Source: Thermofilaceae archaeon
GTDB taxonomy: Archaea > Thermoproteota > Thermoprotei > Thermofilales > Thermofilaceae
DNA: 24,583 nt
NCBI GenBank assembly: GCA_038727095.1
Contig: JAVYWK010000027.1
Location: 1-24,583, forward strand
Direction: 5' to 3'
A program made the translations under genes and the position numbers. Below, piece after piece: positions 8,576-16,660 of the stretch (its first letter is position 1; every line of letters starts with the position of its first letter). The notes under the pieces are model-generated. The model did not search any database. It saw only the letters and a program-made list of their open reading frames with translations, and had not been told where the DNA came from.

Positions 8576-8749
8576 GTGGTTGAAGCTGTTGACCCGGTTT
8601 GCGGGATGAAGGTTTCTACGGAGAAAACCCCGCACAAGACCGTCTACAAGGGTAGAGTCTACTATTTCTGCAGCGCTCACTGTAGGAAGGCTTTCGAGGC
8701 CAACCCCGAATTCTACCTTGAGAAGGGGCCCGTGGGCATGCCCGCGTGA
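8576..8749 (+). CDS. copT: YHS/TRASH-domain copper chaperone (CopT-like), 57 aa
   Basis: Absent from the ORF track. Manual translation: MVEAVDPVCGMKVSTEKTPHKTVYKGRVYYFCSAHCRKAFEANPEFYLEKGPVGMPA. TTTATAA ~24 nt upstream; directly before copA. Confidence 0.88.
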   Translation: MVEAVDPVCGMKVSTEKTPHKTVYKGRVYYFCSAHCRKAFEANPEFYLEKGPVGMPA

Positions 8750-8756
8750 TGGAGGA

Positions 8757-11135
8757 ATGGTTAGGGAGAGGGTAAAGGTACTGGGCGTGGATTGCCCAAC
8801 GTGCGTCCTCTCGATACAGAGGGAGCTGTCGAAGCTGGGCGCCCAGATCGAGATCGACGCTTCAACGGGGGACGCTGTGGTGGTGTACGACTCCTCGAGA
8901 GTCACGCTGCGCGACATCGTGAGGGCTGTGAGAGCGGCCGGCTACGACGTTGAGAAGAGGTCGTTGACCCTCTCGGTGGAGTTGAGCGAGGAGGAGGCGT
9001 CGAAGTTCGAGTCCAGCGTCAGCAGGCTGAAGGGTGTGGTTGAGTGCCGATACTCGCCGGTCACGGGGCTGGCCAAGGTGGCGTACAACCCCTACACCGT
9101 CTCGGAGGAGGAGATCCTGTCAGCCGTGAGAGAGTTGGGTTACAGAGCTGAGGTGAGGGTCGGGGAGGTGGAGCACGCCGAGGGGAGGGGTGGGCAGCCC
9201 TGGGTCCCGCTGATCTCCTTCGCGCTGGGACTGACGGCGGTCACCTACCACTTCCTCGAAGCCTTCGAGCTTCTACCCCACGCCCCTGCCGCCTTCTACG
9301 GGGCGCTAGCCTCGATCGTGCTGCTACTCAACGCCAAGCTCGTCTGGAGGGGGTTCAGGGCGCTCACCCGCCTCTCCCCCACGATGGACTCGCTCATCGC
9401 CCTATCCTCGACTGTAGCCTACGCCTCCAGCATCGCTTTCGCATCCACTGGACACGGAGCCGGCTTCTTCGAGGCCGCGGCAGGCGTCCTCGGCTTCGTC
9501 TCAGCCGGCAAGTACCTCGAGGAGAGGTTGAGGAAGCGGGCCCTCAAGGCGTTAAGCGAGCTCGCCGCACTCCAGAGCGGTCGCGCCAGGGTAGTGAGGA
9601 ACGGTAGCGTAGTGGAGGTCGACGTGGAACAGCTGAAGGTTGGAGACCTGGTGGAGGTCCGCGCGGGCGAGAGGATTCCCGTGGACGGGGTAGTCGTGGA
9701 GGGCTGGGGTTACGTCGACGAGTCCGCGTTCACCGGGGAGCCTGTGCCGAGGTTCAAGACCGCGGAGAAGAGGGATCCCGTGCTAGCCGGCACGCTGCTC
9801 ACCTCGGGCTTCCTCCGCGTCTCAGCCACCAGGGTGGGCGGGGATACAACGCTGGCCCACATCATCGAGATCGTCAGGGAGGCTCAGTTCCGGAAGCCCG
9901 GCTTCCAGCGGGCCGCGGACAGGATCGTGGGCCTCCTAACCTGGGTCGTCATGGCGCTGAGCCTGGTCACGTTCGCCTACTGGCTGGCCGCGGGGGAGGG
10001 CCTCGAGAGGGCGGCGCTCTTCGCGGCGTCCGTCCTAGCGGTCACGTGCCCCTGCCCCCTGGGTATCGCAGTCCCCCTGACTGTAGCGGTGGCATCGATG
10101 ATGGCTGCGCGGAGCGGCATTCTAATCAGAGGGGGCGACGTGTTCGAGAGGGTGCGCCGGGTGGACACGGTCGTCTTCGATAAGACCGGCACCTTGACCG
10201 TCGGTGCGCCACGCGTCAGCAGCATCTACCCGCTCAACGGGTTCAGAGAGGAGCTGCTGCTCAGGCTAGCGGGCTCCGCCGAGAGGAGGAGCGAGCACCC
10301 GCTGGCTAAAGCCATCCTGGAGCGCTGCAGGGAGGCGGGCGTTGAGCCGCCCGAGCCGCAGAGCTTCGAGCACGTACCCGGGATGGGCGTAATCGCCGAG
10401 GTCGAGGGGGTAAGGGTTGCCGTTGGCTCGGAGAGGTTGATCGAGGGCGTCACGGGGGCGGCGCTGGATGGGGAGGCGCGGAGGCTGGCTGAGGAGGTGA
10501 GGAGTAGGGGTTCAACAGCGCTATTCGTCGCAGTGGACGGGAGGCTCGCGGGAGTGGTAGAAGTGCGCGACGAGGTCAGAGGGGAGGCGAAGAGGGTCGT
10601 CGCTCGGTTGAGGGAGATGGGCCTCCGGACTGTGCTGGCGACCGGCGACAGCTGGGCTTCGGGAAAGTGGGTTGCCCGAGAGCTCGGCTTGGACGAGGTG
10701 AGAGCTGAGCTCCCACCCGAGGATAAAGCTGAGCTGGTGGAGGACCTACAGAGGCGCGGAGCCAGGGTGATGTTCGTAGGCGACGGGGTCAACGACGCGC
10801 CAGCGCTGGGTAAGGCGTTCGTCGGCGTAGCCGTTGGAAGCGGAGCTGAGATCGCCAGGGAGGCGGGCGATGTAGTGCTGGTCTCGAAGGGCCTCGAGGC
10901 CCTCGTCCACCTGCTGGACCTGGGGAGGAGGGTGGAGAAGAAGGCGCTCGAGAACCTTGCCTGGGCCTTCATCTACAACATCGCGCTCGTCCCAATCGCG
11001 ATGGGCCTCCTCTACCACCAGTACGGCTTGATGCTGAGGCCGGAGATGGCTGCAGCAGCGATGATGCTCAGCGACATCTCCGTCGTCCTCAACGCCCTAT
11101 CCCTGCTCAAATGGAAGCCGGAGCCGCTCACCTGA
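8757..11135 (+). CDS. copA: P1B-type Cu(I)-exporting ATPase
   Basis: GVDCPTC MBD, TGEP, CPC, DKTGTLT, SEHP, GDGVNDAP, YN. Start ATG 8757 after GGAGG rather than 8718. Confidence 0.92.
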   Translation: MVRERVKVLGVDCPTCVLSIQRELSKLGAQIEIDASTGDAVVVYDSSRVTLRDIVRAVRAAGYDVEKRSLTLSVELSEEEASKFESSVSRLKGVVECRYSPVTGLAKVAYNPYTVSEEEILSAVRELGYRAEVRVGEVEHAEGRGGQPWVPLISFALGLTAVTYHFLEAFELLPHAPAAFYGALASIVLLLNAKLVWRGFRALTRLSPTMDSLIALSSTVAYASSIAFASTGHGAGFFEAAAGVLGFVSAGKYLEERLRKRALKALSELAALQSGRARVVRNGSVVEVDVEQLKVGDLVEVRAGERIPVDGVVVEGWGYVDESAFTGEPVPRFKTAEKRDPVLAGTLLTSGFLRVSATRVGGDTTLAHIIEIVREAQFRKPGFQRAADRIVGLLTWVVMALSLVTFAYWLAAGEGLERAALFAASVLAVTCPCPLGIAVPLTVAVASMMAARSGILIRGGDVFERVRRVDTVVFDKTGTLTVGAPRVSSIYPLNGFREELLLRLAGSAERRSEHPLAKAILERCREAGVEPPEPQSFEHVPGMGVIAEVEGVRVAVGSERLIEGVTGAALDGEARRLAEEVRSRGSTALFVAVDGRLAGVVEVRDEVRGEAKRVVARLREMGLRTVLATGDSWASGKWVARELGLDEVRAELPPEDKAELVEDLQRRGARVMFVGDGVNDAPALGKAFVGVAVGSGAEIAREAGDVVLVSKGLEALVHLLDLGRRVEKKALENLAWAFIYNIALVPIAMGLLYHQYGLMLRPEMAAAAMMLSDISVVLNALSLLKWKPEPLT

Positions 11136-11194
11136 TCCAGGCTGCGCGAGCAACGCATTTATGGTAGCACCACTGGTATCACTCAGTGGAACCG

Positions 11195-11452
11195 ATGGTT
11201 AGACTGAGGCTCAAGGTGGGACCGAAGGGGCAGGTTGTCATCCCAAAGGTGCTGAGGGAAAGGTACGGGATCAGAGAGAACGACTACGTCCTCGTGGAGC
11301 TCCGCGAGGACGAGCTGGCGATCAAGAGGGCTGAGAGCGTGGACGAGGTGCTCGGCTGGCTGAAGGCGAGGAAAACCGGCTCCCTTGCGAGGCTGGGCGA
11401 GCTCGCGGGCGTGGATCTGGAGGAGGAGTTCGAGGATGAGGGTGTTCGTTGA
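11195..11452 (+). CDS. vapB: AbrB/MazE/SpoVT-family antitoxin
   Basis: KVGPKGQVVIPK.LRE.YGI..D; acidic tail; overlaps the PIN gene. Confidence 0.88.
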   Translation: MVRLRLKVGPKGQVVIPKVLRERYGIRENDYVLVELREDELAIKRAESVDEVLGWLKARKTGSLARLGELAGVDLEEEFEDEGVR

Positions 11453-11843
11453 CGCCAACCTCCTCGTATACCTCAACGTGGGCCTCCCAGCTGAGGAGGC
11501 AGAGCTGCTCCACTCGTTCTGGGCCCAGCTCTTGAAGAGCCACGACCTATACACGAACGTCCTCGCGCTCGACGAAACCCTCTACGTCTCGAGGAGGCGC
11601 TACGGCGTACCGTACGAAGCCACGATCGAGTTCATCGATAGGGCCGTCATACCCTTCGTGGAGCTGCTACCTCTCGGCTTGGAGGAGTACGCGGCCGCGA
11701 GGAAGTATATCGAGGTCAACGGCTTGAAGCCGTCCGACGCGCTCCACGCGGCAACCGTTGAGGTGCACAAGCTCCACGCGATCGCGAGCGAGGACAGGGA
11801 CTTCGATAAAGCCGGCTTGAAGAGGCTCTGGCTTGAAACCTGA
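11436..11843 (+). CDS. vapC: PIN-domain toxin
   Basis: VFVDAN, DE, PSDALH, SEDRDF acidic PIN residues; ATG 11436 lies inside the antitoxin end. Confidence 0.9.
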   Translation: MRVFVDANLLVYLNVGLPAEEAELLHSFWAQLLKSHDLYTNVLALDETLYVSRRRYGVPYEATIEFIDRAVIPFVELLPLGLEEYAAARKYIEVNGLKPSDALHAATVEVHKLHAIASEDRDFDKAGLKRLWLET

Positions 11844-11864
11844 GCCCGCTCAAGGTGGCGCCCC

Positions 11865-12335
11865 TTGCGGGTTATAGTACGCTGGGCGAGGGACTCCGAC
11901 CTCCCCCGAGCAGCCGAGATCCTGGAGAAGTCGTTCACGGGGAGCTACAGGTACTGGAGCCTCCGGCTCCTCGACGTCCTCGACGTCCTGGTCGCTGAAG
12001 CCGACGGAGTCGTCGCCGGCGTCGCTGAAGTCTACGTGACGAGAGCGAAAGGCTACGGCAGGCTGGGCGTCATCGGATTCGTAGCGGTCGATCCCGCCTA
12101 CAGGCGGAAAGGCATCGGAAGGCGGCTAATTCAGGCTGCAGAGGAGTACTTCGTGGAGCAGGGGTGCAAGTACTCGGCCGCAAGCACCAGGCGCGATAAC
12201 GCAGCTTCAATAAGCCTCTTCTCATCCCTAGGCTACAGGGTGTACGAAAGGGGGAGCAGAGTGTTCGAGGAGCTCGAAGCCCCCCTATACGCCTACGAGG
12301 ATGACGTGGTCTTCCTAAAGAGCCTCCAGGAGTAG
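11865..12335 (+). CDS. GNAT-family N-acetyltransferase
   Basis: VAVDPAYRRKGIGRRLI acetyl-CoA motif; N.A...F..LGY. Confidence 0.88.
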   Translation: MRVIVRWARDSDLPRAAEILEKSFTGSYRYWSLRLLDVLDVLVAEADGVVAGVAEVYVTRAKGYGRLGVIGFVAVDPAYRRKGIGRRLIQAAEEYFVEQGCKYSAASTRRDNAASISLFSSLGYRVYERGSRVFEELEAPLYAYEDDVVFLKSLQE

Positions 12336-12363
12336 GGCTCAAAGGGTCGGACGGCAGCGACCG

Positions 12364-12717
12364 TTAGGCGAGGAGCTCCCTCAACTTCTCAGCTAGCTCC
12401 TTAGGGGTTTTAACTGAAAACATTTTGAAACGTTTCCCGTTGAACTCTTTCGGCAACCCTCGCGGAGGGTTACCCAGGATCGCCACGAAAACCTCCCCTC
12501 TCACATCCATCGACTTAGCCATCTCGAGTAAAGACAGAACGGGGTCAGGAGGTTTGATCGAAACGCAGACTAAGCGATCACGCCTCCGGGCAACGATATC
12601 GAAAGAATGCTTAAGCCCGCTTACACCCTCAACAACGGCGTCATCGAAAACCTCGAAGCCCATACCCTCTAACGCAGCCTTCGCCGCTGAAACGTACTCG
12701 CCTTCAACGTCAAGCAT
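12364..12717 (-). CDS. Small restriction-endonuclease-like (PD-(D/E)xK fold) protein, probably inactive
   Basis: L...GFEV....V.G.SG..H.FDIVA motif; similar to the C-terminal domain of 18071-19003. Confidence 0.55.
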   Translation of the reverse strand: MLDVEGEYVSAAKAALEGMGFEVFDDAVVEGVSGLKHSFDIVARRRDRLVCVSIKPPDPVLSLLEMAKSMDVRGEVFVAILGNPPRGLPKEFNGKRFKMFSVKTPKELAEKLRELLA

Positions 12718-12897
12718 TGTAACGCCCTTCCACTATCCTATTTTAATCTTTATCCTGAAAATGCCTTTGTAAAATTTTAATGCGCTAACCACCCGTACAT
12801 CAATACAGTTTAGATACGCTAGGCCAAGCAGTAACCAAACCGCTCCACTAGAAAACTCCCTATAATGCTAAAAGGAATGCTCGAGTAATCGCGCGAC

Positions 12898-13308
12898 TCA
12901 ACCGGTAAAGAGCTTTTCCACAAAGCTCCAGCAGTTACCCCTAGCGCTGCAAACCTTCACCACAAGCTGCGGAGCACACTGCCTGCCCGTCGCTATAGTT
13001 CTACGCTCCCCCGGGGCAACGTAGAGCGAACCGCTCCAAACCAAGCTCTCGTTAAAGTAGACGGATACGATACGCACACCGATATCACCCGTGCACGTTA
13101 CATCAACCTCAAGAAACCCGTTACGGCAGCGAACCAGCTCCACGACAACCCTCTCCCTCGCAGCCTCCCGAGCAGCTTGAGCCGACTCGATAAACCTCCT
13201 CTCCCACCACAAGTACCTAGGGTAAAGCCAAACCCATAAGACCGCGAAACCACCCACTACAACCAGCGTTGTAAGCAGCACAGCAACAACTTCAGCCTCC
13301 CCCCTCAT
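12898..13308 (-). CDS. Minor type IV pilin-like protein
   Basis: MRG|EAEVVAVLL hydrophobic helix (class III-like signal); ERVVVE..VDV.C.G...V.I.SVY.N pilin beta motif. Confidence 0.7.
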   Translation of the reverse strand: MRGEAEVVAVLLTTLVVVGGFAVLWVWLYPRYLWWERRFIESAQAAREAARERVVVELVRCRNGFLEVDVTCTGDIGVRIVSVYFNESLVWSGSLYVAPGERRTIATGRQCAPQLVVKVCSARGNCWSFVEKLFTG

Positions 13309-13446
13309 CCAGCCGCAACCAGTTCGAGGCGCCTCCTTAAAGCAGTTACGGTGATCAACCCCGCGATCCTCAACTATTACAGAGCGGGAGCGAGCTGGGA
13401 AGCATTAAACACCTATAAGACCGGCCGATAGCTAAGCGGGGTTACA

Positions 13447-14097
13447 GTGGAGAAGATCTTCGCTGAGAAAGTGATGGAGTGGTACAAGAGCAACAGGAGA
13501 AGCTTCCCATGGCGGGTTGGAATGAGCAGCGAGTGGATCACAGCCCTCACAGCCATCCTCCTGAGGAAGACGAGAGCCGAAACCGTCGCCAAGCACTACG
13601 AGAGAATCATCAAGGCACTAGAAACGCCCGAGCGCGCCCTCCAACTCAAAATCGAGGAGATCGAGGAACTCCTCAAACCACTCGGCCTCCACAAAACCAG
13701 AGCCAGGCAGATCCGCCAGCTCGCGGAAGCCTGGGGCAAGAGTGAAAAACTGCCGGGGCTAGGCCCCTACGCGCGCTCCCTCATCGATTGCCTCCACAAG
13801 CGCAAGCTCGTAGCCGTGGTCGACGTCAACACCGCACGCGTAGCATCCAGGTTCTTCGGAGTCGACAGAGGGAAAGTCGAGGAAGCGCTCCAGAAAGCAG
13901 TAGAGGCAGCGGGTACCTGTGAAATCAACCTCGCGATAATGGACTTCGCGGCAAAAATCTGCGCACCCCGAAAACCAAAGTGTGGTAAATGCACTTTAGC
14001 GGAAAACTGCGCACACCGAAGGCGGACGACCTCAGTACCGAATCCCGTTACAAGCGGGATGATTGTGAACTCTTACACCTCATCACGCAGGTTCTAA
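13447..14097 (+). CDS. mig: HhH-GPD DNA glycosylase, MIG (T/U:G mismatch)-like, with [4Fe-4S] motif
   Basis: WY...RR.FPWR, LLRKT (MIG type rather than MutY LQQT), LPGLGPY with Tyr at the lyase-Lys position, VDVN, Cx6Cx2Cx5C. Confidence 0.75.
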   Translation: MEKIFAEKVMEWYKSNRRSFPWRVGMSSEWITALTAILLRKTRAETVAKHYERIIKALETPERALQLKIEEIEELLKPLGLHKTRARQIRQLAEAWGKSEKLPGLGPYARSLIDCLHKRKLVAVVDVNTARVASRFFGVDRGKVEEALQKAVEAAGTCEINLAIMDFAAKICAPRKPKCGKCTLAENCAHRRRTTSVPNPVTSGMIVNSYTSSRRF

Positions 14098-14150
14098 ACA
14101 AGAAAAGCTCCCAGGGGTTAATTCTAAAAAGAAATTTTAACTTTAACTCC
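14098..14150. terminator. AT-rich terminator region between convergent glycosylase and pilin genes
   Basis: A-tracts on + (T-tracts for the pilin) and T-tracts on + for the glycosylase. Confidence 0.45.
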
Positions 14151-14573
14151 TTAACCCTTGGTGAAGGAGTATGTTGCTTCCACACCTTTACTTGTGACAA
14201 CCTTCGCTATGTAAGTCGTACCCGTGACCAAATTACAATTAGAAACTGAGACGTAACCTGCAGTACCTCTGGAAATATTTTTATTGGGAGCTGAACTACA
14301 CACAGCCGTCTTGTTCTCAAAGAGAACATATGCACTAGCTATGGTAACATCAACATCACCTATATTCGTAACGTTTATGTCTACTCTAGCACCAGTTACT
14401 TTAACGGCGTCGATTTTGATTCTTTCTTGTAGCTGGGAGGCTTGGCCTTCGGCTTGGCTGGTTACTCTGCCCATGTATCCTGAGACCCAGATGTAGGCTA
14501 GTACTGCTGCGACGACGGCGATTACGATTAGGAGCAGTGTGGCGATTACCGGGCTTACACCTCTCCTTTTCAT
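14151..14573 (-). CDS. Probable major archaeal type IV pilin
   Basis: MKRRG|VSPVIATLLLIVIAVVAAVLAYIW canonical class III signal; V.N.G motif, KVVT..G; sequons NVT, NKT, NIS; own BRE/TATA-like promoter at ~14603-14620. Confidence 0.92.
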   Translation of the reverse strand: MKRRGVSPVIATLLLIVIAVVAAVLAYIWVSGYMGRVTSQAEGQASQLQERIKIDAVKVTGARVDINVTNIGDVDVTIASAYVLFENKTAVCSSAPNKNISRGTAGYVSVSNCNLVTGTTYIAKVVTSKGVEATYSFTKG

Positions 14574-14715
14574 GTTTCTCGTACATAAGTGTTAGAATGA
14601 GCTTATTTATTTTTATCGCTTGATAAGCCTGCCCTCTGCTTTCGACTGTTGTGATTTTTAAGGGCTCAGTTTTCCATGCTTAAGGGGATTATCTAAGAGT
14701 AGAGTTCTGTAAAAG

Positions 14716-16500
14716 CTATGAACCGTAAGTGTATTCGTCTCCTCCAACAATTTCGGTGAAGGCTCTCTCGATGACTACGCTACCGGTGGAGTCTTTCACG
14801 ACGATCCCCGCGTTTACCACGATAAGGTCGGTGACTACTGTAACCCGTGCGACGCCGCTCGCGTCAGCTACGGCACTGCCGATTAAGGTGCCACCCGAGT
14901 ATAACTCCACCCTCCAGCCCTGCTCTAGACCCGTGACTTGAATGTGACGTGGGTCTACGCTCGAGATGATGAAGTTGTCGAAGTAGCCTGCGTCCCTGTC
15001 TACTATCAACGAGGCACGCTCCGGCGTGAAACCGCTAATGCTGGTGCTCAGCTGCGCTATAAGGGTGCCAGTAGAATCGTAAACACATGCTACTAGCGTG
15101 GACGAACTCCACTCGATAACGATCGTGTACCATCCACTTCCTGTAGGGGTAAACCTACTTACCACTCGAGTTCTCCATCTTCTTCCATCGTAGTAATCTA
15201 TTCTGAATCCGCTATCTCTACCTCTGTAGTCTAGGTTGGCTGAATAGATGTTAACGGGAGAGGTGATTTTCGCAATAGCGAGCCCCAATCGATCGGGTTG
15301 ATAAGTGTCTGCGAGAACCTGTACCGCTAAGTATGCTGCGCCGAATGGTATTTCTCTGTGGAAGAGAGATGCACCACCTGGGCCACCGTCGTTGTCGCTA
15401 CCTTGAAGCGCATTTGTGCTTCTGCGACCCTTACCGGCCTCTATCGTCCAGCTTCCACCCCAGCTGGTCCAACCGCTGGGCGTAGTTTCGAAAGCTGTGT
15501 AATGTAACGCATTCCTCTTTGTCAGGTAGAGGTCTTTGGCCTCGATAGTGAAGGTTTTCTCATCGTCCGTTTCGCCGGTTGCCGTGTTGACCGCGATTAC
15601 ACGCCACGTGTACTCCCCCCGGGTGGATGGCAGCTTCAATGCGAACTGAAGGGTTTTTGCTTCGCCTGGCTGCAGTTCTACTTCGCTCTCGGATACGACT
15701 CCGCCATCATGGTTGAGGATTCTAACTTGGACTGTACCAGCCACCCCTCCCACGTTCTTTACCTCCGTGTTGAAGGTTTGGTCGGATCCTACGGGCCCTG
15801 AGATTTTGCTGTTCCAAGAGGTTATCCGGAAGCTCGGGCTACCCTGCTGCTTTTCGAAAACTGCTGTTAAGCTCGTATCATCGTTCACCGTTATGCTGAT
15901 GCTGGCGTCGCTCGAGTAATACTCACCGTTGACCAGCCAGTAGAGGAAGAGGTAACCCTCGTTGGGGATCGCAGTGACACTAAATATGCCGCCGACCTGT
16001 ATCTCGTATTCACCAGGCTCAGGATCTGTTGTTCCACCCCCTTCGGGTTCAACAGCGATCCACACCTTCACTTTTCTATGTTGCGCTGCGACCCATGTGA
16101 GGGTGGTTGTTGCTTCTACACCGGTTGTGGTTACGAGCTTGAGAGTGTAGGTGCCTGGGCTCAACTGGACTTCTACTTCGATGCTTGCGTCTTCTCCCGG
16201 CTCGAGCTCAACTGAAAAGCCCGTGTCAGCGAAGACGGTTGTGCGATCCTGTCTCAGGATGTAGAGGGCGGTGATTGTGCTTGTTCTTGAGCCCACGTTG
16301 CGCACTGCTACGTGGAGCCTACCGTTGCTGTACCTGCTCGCCTCTATCTTCAACACCTCGCTTAACGGGCTCGGCTCTGAAACTTGTTTTATCGTGCTCA
16401 TGTAGCTGGTTACCCACACGTATGTGATGATCGAGGCTACAACAGATATGGCTACAAGGATGAGCACTGCTGCGAGGGGCGCAATACCCTTTCCAACCAT
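14716..16500 (-). CDS. Large pilin-adhesin (pilin domain plus multiple extracellular beta domains)
   Basis: Start ATG 16500: MVGKG|IAPLAAVLILVAISVVASIITYVW; pilin head; InlB-B-repeat-like (VTAIPNEGY.F..W..NG..LTAVF), CARDB/Ig-like and lectin-like regions; TTATATAA at 16530-16537. Confidence 0.8.
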   Translation of the reverse strand: MVGKGIAPLAAVLILVAISVVASIITYVWVTSYMSTIKQVSEPSPLSEVLKIEASRYSNGRLHVAVRNVGSRTSTITALYILRQDRTTVFADTGFSVELEPGEDASIEVEVQLSPGTYTLKLVTTTGVEATTTLTWVAAQHRKVKVWIAVEPEGGGTTDPEPGEYEIQVGGIFSVTAIPNEGYLFLYWLVNGEYYSSDASISITVNDDTSLTAVFEKQQGSPSFRITSWNSKISGPVGSDQTFNTEVKNVGGVAGTVQVRILNHDGGVVSESEVELQPGEAKTLQFALKLPSTRGEYTWRVIAVNTATGETDDEKTFTIEAKDLYLTKRNALHYTAFETTPSGWTSWGGSWTIEAGKGRRSTNALQGSDNDGGPGGASLFHREIPFGAAYLAVQVLADTYQPDRLGLAIAKITSPVNIYSANLDYRGRDSGFRIDYYDGRRWRTRVVSRFTPTGSGWYTIVIEWSSSTLVACVYDSTGTLIAQLSTSISGFTPERASLIVDRDAGYFDNFIISSVDPRHIQVTGLEQGWRVELYSGGTLIGSAVADASGVARVTVVTDLIVVNAGIVVKDSTGSVVIERAFTEIVGGDEYTYGS

Positions 16501-16660
16501 ACTAACTGAGGATAATGTAATTTCACGCCTTATATAATTACTTACTGAATTAACCGTCAAAAGTTACTACCCGATGACTCGAGAACATGTGAACCTTTCA
16601 TGCGAGCTTAGATCCTGTTTTCAACGGCTGGATTTTTATAGCAATGTTCTTCTCTTACAC

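Noticed and set aside
6771-11179. Exact 12-mer CACCACTGGTAT in two promoters (6771, 11168)
   Set aside because: Several 12-bp repeats are expected by chance in 24.6 kb, and the genes are unrelated.
13377-14060. Imperfect repeat TTACA(G)AGCGGGA flanking the glycosylase as a target-site duplication
   Set aside because: Short, needs an indel, the second copy is inside the ORF, and no transposase or integrase is present.
14050-14720. Canonical replication origin at the skew switch
   Set aside because: No cdc6/orc1/whiP or recognisable ORB repeats, and the switch lies in coding DNA. Not called, though not excluded.
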